This document shows positions 51,401-63,514 of a stretch of DNA of 64,000 bases, piece by piece. Position 1 is the first letter of the stretch; each line of letters starts with the position of its first letter. Source of the stretch: Podarcis liolepis (taxonomy: Eukaryota). The translations under genes and the position numbers were made by a program. The stretch lies in assembly GCA_965112155.1 (NCBI GenBank), contig OZ218105.1. One strand, 5' to 3'. The notes under the pieces were generated by a model. It saw only the letters and a program-made list of their open reading frames with translations. It did not search any database and was not told the DNA's origin.

Positions 51401-54289
51401 ACTGTCATAGAGACCCTTCCACCACATTCTGCATTTCTCTCAATGCAAAATATTGCCATTTCAGTACTGGGAAAATGCAATGATATTCCCATAACAGCAG
51501 CCCCTCCTTAAAGAAAGGCATTTAATCATGCATGGCAAATAAAAGAAATAATTTGCTCATATAACACAATCTGAATTCACTTGGCATTGGGGAGTCTCCC
51601 TGCAATTTCTCTCTTGTTAATTCAGATCAATCCTTCAGTGGTAATACTGCCCTTGGGTTACATGCCAGTCTATGTTTGAACATAGGGCCAAGCCAGCAGC
51701 TATTCCCTTGCCACAAAAGGTGAAAAGGTTCCCAGTCAATCAGGTTACTTTTCCACAGGGTAAGCGATTGTTAAACACAGTCCTTCTGGATACTTCATCA
51801 ATATGATTAACCTACTAGCATCATGGTTATCAAATCACAGTATGAAAAGTGGTGCAGTTAAGAATAAACCTGCTTTACATTGATGAAATCTCTTCACGGG
51901 GCAGTCAGTGTGTTTTTGCAACATAACAGAAGCCAGTCCGTTAAGAATGATCTCACCAGAACATTTTCAAAAGGAAATCATTTTCTATGAAAAAAGCAAC
52001 AGATTTAAATGGTGATTCAGTTGCTAAAAAAAAAAACAACCCAAACTTAAATAGCAAACTATATGTGTGGTCCTATAATTATTAATGGTCTATACATGGT
52101 TGTATGACCAGGTTGTTTATATGACCATGCATAGAAAGAGCACAGAAATACCCAATTTCTAGGTTTAGTGTAGAGAAATAATGCCATGCAAATTTGCAGG
52201 TCACTAGTGGCAAGTCATTATTGACTGCACTGCCTGTGTATTATAAATCAGAGTGTTTTCCCCACACTGTTAATATCCTATATATGATTAACTTGAAAGA
52301 AGGAAGACAAAAATATACTTTATACTATTCATTTAATGAAGCTAACCTCAAAAAGGCAAATGTAGGGGGGAGTCATAAAAAGCAGTTTTGAAATACTGCT
52401 AATAAATAGTAACTGGGGGGGGGATGGGGGAAACGACAAGTTGTCATACAGAAATTTTGTGTCATTTAGCCGTGTGTTAGAGAAACATAGGCATCTGTCT
52501 TGACTAATGTTACACTTTATTCATTAGCTCATTTGCCAGAACATGATATGATAATGTGTTTAATCAGAAATATTTGTTTTATACTACATTCCTCAATTTT
52601 GTTATCTTGTTATTCCAGCAAATAACTGTTGGATTTACTGTAATGATTTCATTTTTGATATATTAGCAAGATAGCAAACCTAATAAGATCTAGGCGCTAA
52701 ATTGTATAACCTGTTTAAGCTGCATTGAATCAATTAACCTCATTATACTTTGTGTTAATGTGCCAATAAAAATGATTGACTTAAAATATCATATACTAGC
52801 AGGCCAACAGAATGACAGACCAATATGTATAATAGCATAAGGACATAAATTGCTGGCATTTCCTCCGATAAGAAGTCCATCATGATTTTAATGCCTCGAA
52901 AATATAAGGACCTGTATGAGCTACAGCTATTGATGGGGTCCCCTTCCACAATAGCTTTAACTGGAATTGCACCTGTAACTGAAGGCTGAATTGAAGTAAA
53001 ATGTGATCTGCTGAGAAGAGAAACACCTTTAAGCATACCCTAGTTGATATACCATATCATTGCAGGCATATTTTTCCTTAGTGCTAAACCTCAATGTGCC
53101 AAAACTACTAGGACTTGTTTATATGTGGTTTGACAAATCCAGAAACTTGTCAGTCACTGAGCCCAATATGGTATATCCCAATGCCCTACTGCATCTGAAG
53201 AGAACTCTGGGGATTAAGGGCACATGGTAGCCGATCAGGCTAGGCCAGTGGTTCTCAAAGGGTGTTCCGTGCCACACTGGTGTGGCACGAGATGACAAGT
53301 GTTGCTGAAAGATTCAAGGACAATCAAAGAAACACTGAAACATTTCAGTGTAGTATAGTAATATATATATATCAAAATATGGATAGATATCTTTTCAAAA
53401 TGAGAGCAAGAGAACAAGTCATACTGAGGAAAATCCTAGTTGTGTTTTGCAATGTATTTATTGGTTAAAAAAACATGGTGTGTTGCGAGCAAATTTTTAT
53501 TCTCCAAATTATATTCTCAAACTTTGCTTGCAACTTGATATTCACATTTGGCAGGCCGAATGGCTCGCTATTGATTTGGGGAAATGGCATTGATGAACTA
53601 ATCCCTGAGGCCTCTTGGTCAGTTGTGTGGGCTCAACCCCTTTTCAGGGCTATTTCTGCAACAGGAAGAGAAGGTTCTCTTAAGCTAACTGGTTATGGGT
53701 GCCTTGGAACAGTTAAGCTCCATGAACCCCTCAGCATCTCCTGCAAGTGGGAGGCAACATGAGGGCAAGGCACTTACATTCATAAGTGGTAGCTTTGCCC
53801 CTATGTTGAGCATAACTGAGATAAGAGAGTTAATCATTTATCATTAATAACTAAACAAACTGTTCCTAGACTCTTGCACTTGCTCTATAATTGTTGTTTA
53901 CTGGCCCTAAATTGGTCCATTGGGATCTGGTGAAATTTCTCCTTGTGGCAACCTGTAGGACTACTGCAGGAGGATGCAAAATGTTCCCAGAATTTACCAT
54001 TGAGAGCTTGTATAGGCGCATTTGGCACATAACTTGATCTGAGAAATTGACTCACTTCATCTGGCTTGCTACAAACTGTGCCAAACCAGATGCTTTTGTG
54101 ACAACTTGGTTCCCCTTCCTCTCCTTCATCAATGACTCTGCAGAGAGAAGTCTTCCATTATCATCTCAGATAAGCTTCTGGAAAGACTCTGTTCAGGGAC
54201 AAACTCAAACTGTTGCATTATCCTCCTCCTGATCTCCCCCTCCCCGTTTTCACCCAACCTTACTTTAGGTTATCTGTCAACTATTGACT

Positions 54290-54299
54290 CTTTTCTTTC

Positions 54300-54351
<52 letters not shown>

Positions 54352-54353
54352 TC
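54290..54353. repeat. (CTTT)n microsatellite
   Basis: Direct inspection. Confidence 0.95.
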
Positions 54354-56171
54354 CATTCTGGCTGGGTTTTCTTACCCAATTGTATTTAGGTTTCTTATAT
54401 TATGACTTATTACATTGCCTGCATTAAACTCAAAATGTTTTAATGTTTCAATAAAAATAAAACATTTGGCATGCAAGTTTGCCTAGAGTTCTTTTACTAG
54501 TATTACAACTTCAGCTCAGTTCAATTACTGCTCAAAGTAGTTCCTCAGATGTCTCCTCCTGCCCCCCACCAACCCCCACAAAACTGGAATTGGATTTGGC
54601 AAAGAATACCATATGCAAACTCTTAAGGTACAACTTAAGGTACTATTAACTGGGAATCTCTGCAACACGTACCCCATTAAATGGAATGGGATGGGAACCA
54701 TGCAAGTGAGCATAACTGTGTTCTTATGCAGGACTCATTTCAATGGAACATGCGTGGAAAACATGTGCCCTTGGTTTCTTGTGGTCAAAAGAAATGGTGG
54801 TCAATTAGATACTATAGTTCTCTCCGTGTATGCTTAGGATGAGAACTATATGGAAGATTTTCATGCAACTATCAGGAAAATATTGTCCTGATTAGGATAA
54901 AAATAATGATTATCTGATATATTCACCAACTAGCAACTGAGCTATCCCTTGGGATAAAACAATCATAGCATTGATTGTACTATTCTATACGCCCACAGAG
55001 AAAACTAGAGTACAATGGTTATTGCACCATAAGACTCAAGGAAATATCACATGTTATATAGTTCAGAACATACATATATAGATGCCAGTGCCAAACCTAC
55101 AGCTTTTGTTAATGGGCCTTGCTTTACCCTGTGTTAATGGAATCCCCAAATGACAGAGCGAAACATGGTCACTTCATAGTAAATTTTCATAATGTGATTT
55201 AACACACGTCACCTGTTTTTTAGGGGACAATTTAGATAATCCCTACAACCCCTCACATAGCTAAATGCTGTTAACGAGGCAGGCAAGGCAGATAAAGTAG
55301 GGGGTGTTTAATGAACAGCAGACAGAGGAGGACACACGTGGCCAAGAAGGGTGTGAGGAGGGAATCGTTTTGGCTGCTGAAAAACTTATTCACACAAAAT
55401 ATCAATGTGTCTTTATCACCTTTTCTTTTCTTTTGTATAAGCCTCGTTACTAATGAAGAGTATTCAATCTACTGGAAATTATGATTGATCCTCAAAAGGA
55501 CCAAGGAACAATCTGCTTCAAACCAGCCTTGCTTTGCTGATGTGGGCTCTCATTTACAAAAGAAAAATCCAAAAAGGGGAAGAAAAGTTCAGTAAAACCA
55601 GGACTCAATGCCCATATAATGTCATGTTTTGTAACTTTTCACTGATGCATCTGTTGAACCATTCTATACTTCAGCTCTTTAGAACTGGACCATTCATTTA
55701 GTTGCATGGAGCATCTAAGAGGGGCTGTATCCTACTCCAGAGATCAGTGGTCATAGCTAACCAACCGCTGGCATCTCCCGCTTCACCTCTTACTTTCTAA
55801 CCTTAATTTGGATCAGAGTTTAAGTGCTGGAAATATCATCTGTTCAGAAGTCATTAAATGCCTCCTGGAAAGTCATTTAAGGCATAAGAGTCACAATGCC
55901 TCATCAGCAAAATTAGTATTTATGAAATTAGTGATGGAGCATAACTATCATCCTGATTGCATAGCACTTGAAATGTTGGGGGAGGGAACCAAGATCTTGT
56001 TCATTTTCCCTCCCACTGCTAAAGCACTGTATTTAATTGACTTACATTTTTCCCCTAATATATTTCTTTATGAAACCTGCCTTGAGCAATGGATACATGA
56101 TTGTTCACTGAGGGCTGTGCCTCATTTGTTCCTGTAGATTGTGCCTAATTAACGCTAACTTGTCTGTACAT

Positions 56172-56375
56172 NNNNNNNNNNNNNNNNNNNNNNNNNNNNN
56201 NNNNNNNNNNNNNNNNNNNNNNNNNNNNNNNNNNNNNNNNNNNNNNNNNNNNNNNNNNNNNNNNNNNNNNNNNNNNNNNNNNNNNNNNNNNNNNNNNNNN
56301 NNNNNNNNNNNNNNNNNNNNNNNNNNNNNNNNNNNNNNNNNNNNNNNNNNNNNNNNNNNNNNNNNNNNNNNNNNN
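56172..56375. other. Assembly gap (204 N)
   Basis: N run. Confidence 1.
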
Positions 56376-58854
56376 ATCATATCACTGACGATTTCAGGGT
56401 GAGACACATTTTTACAAAAGAAATTAAATTAGTTCAACAGATATTTTAAGCACAATCTGGTTTTTAAATCCCAAATGAAAGAATTCAAGGCAGAATACCT
56501 CCATAAGCTGCCTGGCAGTTTCACGTCCCATCACAACACTCTCTCATTATCTTGCCGTATTGAATTCCAGTACAAAACCATGCTCCTCTGCGTAGCACAT
56601 GGAATCGAAGGACTTTGTTTATGTAAACAATTTGGAAAATGGCACACCAAAATAATACACGGTTCAGATAAAATAAGACCGGTACCCTGGCAAGGAACTC
56701 TGTGGGCGAGTAGATGGCAAATCTGTATAAATGAATGATAGGAGGCATATTCAGACATTTGCAAATGGCCACATTGTGAATGAGGGCAGCGGTGCACATG
56801 CGAGCTCCACCGCCAGTGTCCTCAAATGTGTTGTACTCCACTCAATATCCTTGTACTGAGCAGGTAAGGTCTGCAGAGGACTTCTATTAGAATGCTTCAC
56901 ATAAATGGGAGGACCCCCTATATTCATTCTGTGGAGAACCTTCTCACATTCAACAGAAAGTGTGCAGGAGCCCCCTGCAAACCTCCCTCACTCAACGCAA
57001 GTATGGTTGGAGACTGACTGCTCGGTGATGTGCACATGGATGTTGAGGGTGGAGCTTGTGCCCACATGCCACCCCCTACCCTTGAATATAGAGTTCACAT
57101 GTTCAGGCAAATTTCTAAACACACCTATCAATTATTAGGTTGGGGAGTCTCCACTGTCTAATCTTAGCACATTTGAATTTTATCAACTATGAACTAATCC
57201 ACATTTTTAGACAACTCTCATAAAAGTCTGTGGTGTGTCAGGTTTCTGTTTGAGACTGTAAGCTGCTTTGTGGAGAAAGTTCCTTAAAAGCTGGAGATGA
57301 TATAGATGATATAGCTATATGAGATGCATAGGATGAAATAGTCAATTATTGATGGTAAAACAAAATATGGCTGTTCAGTATCAGACCAAATGCTTAAAAC
57401 CGAATGAAACCCTAAATAAACACATTGAGTTGGTTCTAACATGATGTTCCCAATCTTCCTAACCACAGGCTATATGCAAATTAAGTTTTACTCAGAGAAA
57501 ACCAATGGGAATTAATGGACCTAAGTTAGTCATGTCCATTCATTTCAAAGGATCCACTCTGAGTATAAATAAAGACAAAGTGCTCAGACTGATAAGCTGG
57601 CTTGACTGCAAGGGCTTTATGAGACTTGTGTCCTAAATGAGGACTATTGCCTGGCTGCTGAGGAGATCCTCTTCAGACTGGAACTAGAGGGCATCTTTTC
57701 CCTTAGGCCTAGTCTATCTAGCCTTCTAAGGACCCAGAATGCTAGAGCCAGAGTAGTCAATTTGGTGCCCTCCAATTGCTGCTGGAGTACAGCAAGGCCA
57801 GTCTTCAAGGTCCAGAGTGCTGGTGGAACCAGAAGTCAAGGGCTAAAGACTGGCTGCTGGATGTCTCCTCGGGGACCTTCCCTTGGAGCGTTACAGAAAG
57901 TTCCCAATACTGTTGGAAAATATATACAAGTAAAACACGACAAATTTGTGGCCAATAGATGTAGTCAATGATGAAAAATATGGTGGCCAGGTCACATTCA
58001 GTCACTGAAAAGCATGCAACGCTGTGTCTGCCATAAAGTATTGAAAATTAAAGAAAGACTTTCAAAAAAAATGCACCCTTTCACTTTAGTAGTGTTACTT
58101 TTAAACCTCCTAATTGTATTCATTTCTCTTTATTTATGTACTGTCAAAGGTTGTTGTGTGAAGACTGCTGGAGCATTGCTGATAAAATTGATGATGACAG
58201 TCACCAGTCTTCTTATCAGCCATTTTAAAGAAAGCAATACAGATCACTTTTAATATATTTTAATATGCCTTTCTAAAATCCATAAGCCAAGTATAGATCA
58301 AAAATTAAATCCCGACCTCATTCCTGCCAACCAACAATAGATTCTAATTTTCTCGCAGCCTATTTTACATGTTGAGAAATTAAAGAATCTGCTGCAGTAT
58401 ATAATGATATATTGATAAAAGAAAACTCCTTAGTCTAGTATTTGAAAGGGGAGGGGGAGAGTGTTTTTAGAAGTCTGCTGATGCTTTGCATTGTATTTAT
58501 TGTCATGATGCAAAAGGCTGAGGGACAAGGCAGGGTGGATCCATTTAACACACTGCCCAGATTTCTACGTGAAAAGCACTCCTGTGTGTGAAGGTGAAAC
58601 CTGCAGTAGATCATATTGTGCGGTATCCTACAGAAAAAGAGAGAACACATAAACCTAGGAACTATGGAGGGTTGTCAGGGAAGTGGGAATCTTCCCAATA
58701 TGCCTCCCCCATTGTGATGTCCATCTCAGTTATGTAAGGATACCCATAACTTTAGTGCAGCTCCCTGTCAGTCCCTTTGAGCCAGAGGTTGTTGGGCTGG
58801 CTGGGTTCATGGTGGACAGATAGCACAAAGGAAATACAAACGTGCACCAGTGCA

Positions 58855-59170
58855 TAGTTAAACTATGAAGCTAACTCCCACAGGAGGCAGTGATGGCCAA
58901 CAACTTGGGTGGCTTTAAAAGAGGATTAGACAAATTCATGGGGGACAAGGCTATCAGCGGCTACTAGCCGTGACAGCTATGCTCCAGTCTCCACAGCTGA
59001 AGACAGTAATGCTTCCAAGTACCAGTTGCTGGAATCTGCAGGAGGGGAAAGAACATTTGTGCTTAAGTACTGCTTGTGGGTTTCCCACAGACATCTGGCT
59101 AGCTACTCTGAAAACACAATGCTGGTCTAGGTGGGTCATTGGCCTGTTACAATGGGCTCTTCCTATGCCG
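58855..59170 (+). mobile_element. CR1 LINE 3' end
   Basis: gtgatggccaacaacttgggtggctttaaaagaggattagacaaattcatgg (FKRGLDKFM) followed by a CR1-type 3'UTR. Confidence 0.8.
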
Positions 59171-59448
59171 TTCCCTGATATATAGCACAGATGTTGGCAG
59201 AGTCACTATAAGGGTGTGCAAGGCTTCTCTGTGTGCAAAAAGAAACCCAGAATTTAGACCTTGTGGCCTTGCAGAGAGGGCCAAAGCAATAGGTCCAGTG
59301 GTTGGGGGGCACCATGAAGGAAGAGACAGAAAGGAAATGGATATGTCTGTTGTCACAAAGAGGGAAAGAAGCCCATCCATAACTGGTGAATATCTAAATA
59401 AAAAAATTCCTTCCAGTAGCACCTTAAAGACCAACTAAGTTATTTCTT

Positions 59449-59487
59449 GGTATGAGCTTTCGTGTGCATGCACACTTCTTCAGATAC
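59449..59487 (-). ncRNA. Minimal type I hammerhead ribozyme (intact core)
   Basis: Minus strand reads GUAU-CUGAAGA-A-GUGUG-CAUG-CACAC-GAAA-GC-UC/AUAC. It has helix I GUAU:AUAC, the CUGAnGA and GAAA core boxes, a helix II hairpin and a palindromic AGCU mini helix III. Predicted cleavage falls between 59454 and 59453. Confidence 0.85.
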
Positions 59488-59498
59488 ACTGAAACAGT

Positions 59499-59537
59499 GT
59501 ATCTGAAGAAGTGTGCATGCACACAAAAGCTCATACC
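59499..59537 (+). ncRNA. Minimal hammerhead ribozyme copy with core G-to-A change (probably inactive)
   Basis: gtatctgaagaagtgtgcatgcacacAaaagctcatacc is identical to the minus-strand copy except that GAAA becomes AAAA at 59525, a CpG site. Confidence 0.7.
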
Positions 59538-60771
59538 AAGAAATAACTTAGTTGGTCTTTAAGGTGCTACTGGAAGGAATTTTTTTATTTTGACTATGGC
59601 AGACCAACACGGCTACCTATCTGTAACTGGTGAATATCTGTCAGTGGTAGATTATTGGATAATGCCAACAATAAGCGGGACCTAACAGGTGCCTGCCTAA
59701 TTATTGGCTGGGGGAGGCAGCCATTGCCAAGGGAGCAGTAAGGAGGGGCTCATCAAAGGGACTGTAGAATTCAATAGTATATAATATCAGAACAAAAAAT
59801 ATAGAACTCGTCTCAAAAAGACCGAGGAGTCATTTGCTCAGGAGCAAGTACATTTATTACCAGGAGACAGCCACTGTGTTGAGGCACTTGCTCCTTTCTG
59901 TCCATTGAGCATATATTCTACCAGTTTCACTGAGAAGCCCCTAGATCAGCACAGCACTTCATAGGATCCAGTAGAGAAGACTTGGCACTAGTGAAAACAT
60001 ACAGCTGTCAGCTAAAGCTAGAAACAATGGCCCCCTAACAATATCCCCACACCCCCATCTCCAATTTCATGTGGAGGGAGTTGCCAATTTCCCCCGTTCA
60101 TTTGCACAGGACGTAGTTATACCTAAAATGGTTGAAATTAATGTGTTGTTGCAGTTAATGCGGCTCCTTCTAATCAGACTCCCTGACAAACAAAAGATGT
60201 CAGAGTATTAGCACAAACATTAAACATACATTAAACAGTCATAGATTGCTGCCCACAAACTTCTTCACTGGTGCCAGTCTTAATCATGCTCCTGGGGTTG
60301 GCACTTACTGGCATCTCCCTATGAGGACTGGGTGGGTGATGAGGACTCTGGCTATCTCCTAAAGTTTCCTGTTCCATTTAAAAGTCCTAAATATCCGTGC
60401 ATAATGATTTCTCCAGGCTTGTTAAATTAAGTTAATTTGTTTATACAGTATCTATCTGATTTATGTCTATATTCTTTCGTAATTGCCTTTATGGTTGTTT
60501 CTGTTAATTATGGGATCAATAGAAAAAGATTTTTAATTAAACTAAATATAGTGAAACACTCCACAATATGATACAGTGTTATTACTATAATCTAATATCT
60601 ATATCCGATATGATATCCACTCTGGATATAGGCTCTCATTACAAGTGTCTTTTCCTTTTACATGCTACACTGACCCCTGAACCTTTCAGGTTGTTAAGTG
60701 CAAAATTGCATGATAGGGATGTTGCTTTGGATTTGGGAATCCACTTCTTTGAAATTCCACTTACCTGTCCC

Positions 60772-60773
<2 letters not shown>

Positions 60774-60814
<41 letters not shown>
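60774..60814. repeat. (CA)n microsatellite
   Basis: Direct inspection. Confidence 0.95.
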
Positions 60815-60815
<1 letters not shown>

Positions 60816-61423
60816 CTCTTAAATTCTTTCTTGGTGTTTTAATTTCTCCTTGAGTTTTTTAATGCCATCAGATTTTTTTATGGAGTTTGGAGGCAAATCA
60901 GATACAGAACAGAAAGATGAGCTAAAGAGCTTATCAGTGTGTGGGAGGGGAACCCCAGGATGCTTTAAATTATGCTTCTGTAGGTCAGGGATTATTTTTT
61001 TCTCCTACAGTGGTGGCTAGCTAATGCTCAAATTAACAGCTTGGGTCCTCTTTATTCCACATAGGCTTCTTGATTCTTATTCTAAAGTTTTACTATGAAT
61101 CCCTAAGGCATTTCTTTGAATTATCAGCGGTCCTCCTGATACAAAGAAGTCTGTAACTCAATGCAACCTTGCAGTTAGTTAAAAGTCACAAGACAGAAAA
61201 AGTTTCAACAACTGGCTCTATCCTTGCCTCTTTATTTTCTTCTCAAGAAAAATAAGAAGTCAGTTTGAACTTCAAAGACATTAAGCTGGGTTCTCACTTA
61301 TCACATGGAAATGACAGTCATTTGGTGTGTCCCCCACGCCAATTAAAATCTTTGGGAAGTTATCACCCACATTATATATGGGGGCAAATTACAAAATGAA
61401 AATTATCTGAAGTTATACATCAA

Positions 61424-61678
61424 ATGTGAAGCTGAGGCTCCAATACTTTGGCCACCTCACGAGAAGAGAAGACTCCCTGGAAAAGACCCTGATGTTGGGA
61501 AAGATGGAGGGCACAAGGAGAAGGGGATGACAGAGGACGAGATGGTTGGACAGTGTTCTCGAAGCCACCAGCATGAGTTTGACAAACTGCGGGAGGCAGT
61601 GGAAGACAGGAGTGCCTGGCGTGCTCTGGTCCATGGGGTCACGAAGAGTCGGACACAACTAAATGACTAAACAACAAC
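61424..61678 (+). mobile_element. Bov-B LINE short 3' fragment
   Basis: Closely matches the reverse complement of about 40745-41000. Ends gactaaacaacaac. TSD atacatcaa at 61415-61423 and 61679-61687. Confidence 0.95.
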
Positions 61679-62481
61679 ATACATCAACATCCATCTAAGA
61701 TGGTCCTTTGTTATCTTTCATGGTCAACCTCTGCCGCAGAGCTGAATTTGGGCTCCACTACTGCAACTCAAATATATAAGGCTTTGATTTTGCTTATGGT
61801 TCAAGAGACATCAGATGCTGGAGGAAAATCTTCCCCCAAAATGTCTGCCTGAATAGTCAACTTCATGCAGTTAGAATCAGCAGTGCAAAACTTTGCTTTC
61901 AAATTACAGTCTATCCAGAGACAATTTGAATGCTGTCAAGTCTGGGATTCAAAAGAAGTCAATCAAAGGCAGAATTTATTGTAAGGATTCCCAGCTGGAT
62001 ATGGAATCTAATACTAAGTTTTCATTATGCTATCAGTTTATGAAGGTTGACAAATGTGTGTTCATTATCCTATATTTTACTCCCCAATTCAGGCATTTGC
62101 ATGGCTTCATGGCCAAACTGTGCCATATGTTGATGGCAAAAATAAAAATCCAAAGCTTTATATGTCTGTGGTCAGAGAGCATACGTCATTGCATGCCCAT
62201 TATATAATGTTCCTGGGAACAAATCTTTGTCAATATTTTTCTGTACCTCCCTGGGATATAATATTTTGGAATATATGTATTTGGAATATATATATTCTGC
62301 TGTCAATCAGAGAAATCAGCCCACTGGTGCAAAAAGATTGATGACCCCTGAACTAGCCCATCCCATTGGATTGCTCTGAAGATATATAGTGGGTGCTGCA
62401 TCGCACATTCATCAAACATGTGCTGTTCTGGCCATACATTCCAGGACAAGTATGGGAAACCTTTGACTCCCCCCCCCAGTT

Positions 62482-62804
62482 CATCGGTAGGCAACCTAAG
62501 GCCTGGGGGCCGGATCCGGCCCAATCGCCTTCTAAATCCAGCCTGCAGATGGTCAGGGAATCAGCATGTTTTTACATGAGTAGAATGTGTCCTTTTATTT
62601 AAAATGCATCTCTGGGTTATTTGTGGGGCCTGCCTGGTGTTTTTACATGAGTAGAATGTGTGCTTTTATTTAAAATGCATCTCTGGGTTATTTGTGGGGC
62701 ATAGGAATTTGTTCTCTTTTTTTATTTCGAAATCTAGTCCAGCCCCCTACAGGGTCTGAGGGACAGTGGACCAGCCCCCTGCTGAAAAAGTTTGCTGACC
62801 CCTG
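62482..62804. mobile_element. hAT-Charlie-like MITE with internal 63-bp duplication, nested in another MITE (about 62447-62910)
   Basis: gtaggcaacct..ggccggatccggccc ... aaagtttgctgacccctg. Repeat units at 62567-62629 and 62638-62700 differ by one base. Confidence 0.8.
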
Positions 62805-63049
62805 CATTCTTGCTGAACTGCAACTCCCATCATCCCTATCCACTGGCTGTGCTTGCTTGGGCTGAGGGGAGTTGTAGTTGAGCAAAGGGCCAAAGGTTTC
62901 CCACTCCTGCTCTAAGATAAAAATACACATGGATAATGCAGCTCTGCAAAAACTACATGTGATGTATTATTTGCATCCAATAATCTCTCCTGATTTAATT
63001 TTATGTCCTTTATAAAGCCTTTTTTATTTCATTTATGTGTGTACACAAG

Positions 63050-63370
63050 AGTACACAATCCATAAAATACAACAATGAAACCTGAAACCAACATTAAAAA
63101 TCACACACAGCAGACAGCCCTGAAAGTGCAGCAGCAGTCTAGTACCCAAAGATGTATCCCATTGTCAACTCTCCCCAAAAAGCCTGAATGAATAGAAACA
63201 CCATCAGGGCTGTGTGTGTGATCAAACTGCCAAAGGAAGGAAGTTCCATAGTTGAGGTGCCACTGCAACGAAGGCCCTCTCCTACACCACTGCAAAACTT
63301 ACTCATCCATTGGTGGGACCGACAACAAGGACTTCCCTGCTGACCTTAAGAAATGAACCAGCACATACCA
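63050..63370 (-). mobile_element. Old L2 LINE 3' fragment
   Basis: ggaaggaagttccatagttgaggtgccactgcaacgaaggccct encodes RAFVAVAPQLWNFLP on the minus strand. Confidence 0.6.
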
Positions 63371-63514
63371 GACTATAGCAGTAATCTTCTAAATGGGGGG
63401 AGGGAGTGACAGACACAAGTCTTCAGTCATATATTCAAAGCTATGTATATGATATAAATGCTTATTGGTATATGTATGCTTGTTAAGTCCCAATTCCCAC
63501 AACAACCCCTTTTT

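Larger units (their letters stand above)
59396..59623 (+). mobile_element. Non-autonomous Penelope-like element (PLE) derivative: inverted pseudo-LTR palindrome plus 33-nt tail
   Basis: 96-bp inverted arms at 59396-59491 and 59495-59590 with a 3-nt loop (aaa) and one mismatch (59461/59525). Unpaired tail tgactatggcagaccaacacggctacctatctg at 59591-59623. Perfect 16-bp flanking direct repeat taactggtgaatatct at 59380-59395 and 59624-59639. Hammerhead motif in each arm. Confidence 0.85.

Noticed and set aside
59396-59590. Palindrome as an assembly fold-back artefact or a DNA-transposon MITE
   Set aside because: An arm mismatch, an asymmetric 33-nt tail, a 16-bp flanking duplication (too long for common DDE transposons) and hammerhead cores all fit a genuine PLE-type retro-insertion.
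62567-62700. Direct repeats as a CRISPR-like array
   Set aside because: Only two 63-bp units with an 8-bp linker inside a DNA-transposon MITE, in vertebrate DNA.
171-63295. Short ORFs in the six-frame track as host genes
   Set aside because: They are short, often start at non-ATG codons, often run through microsatellites or N gaps, and show no recognisable domains. The only protein-like ones belong to Bov-B, RTE or L2 elements. Small spliced exons cannot be fully excluded by eye.
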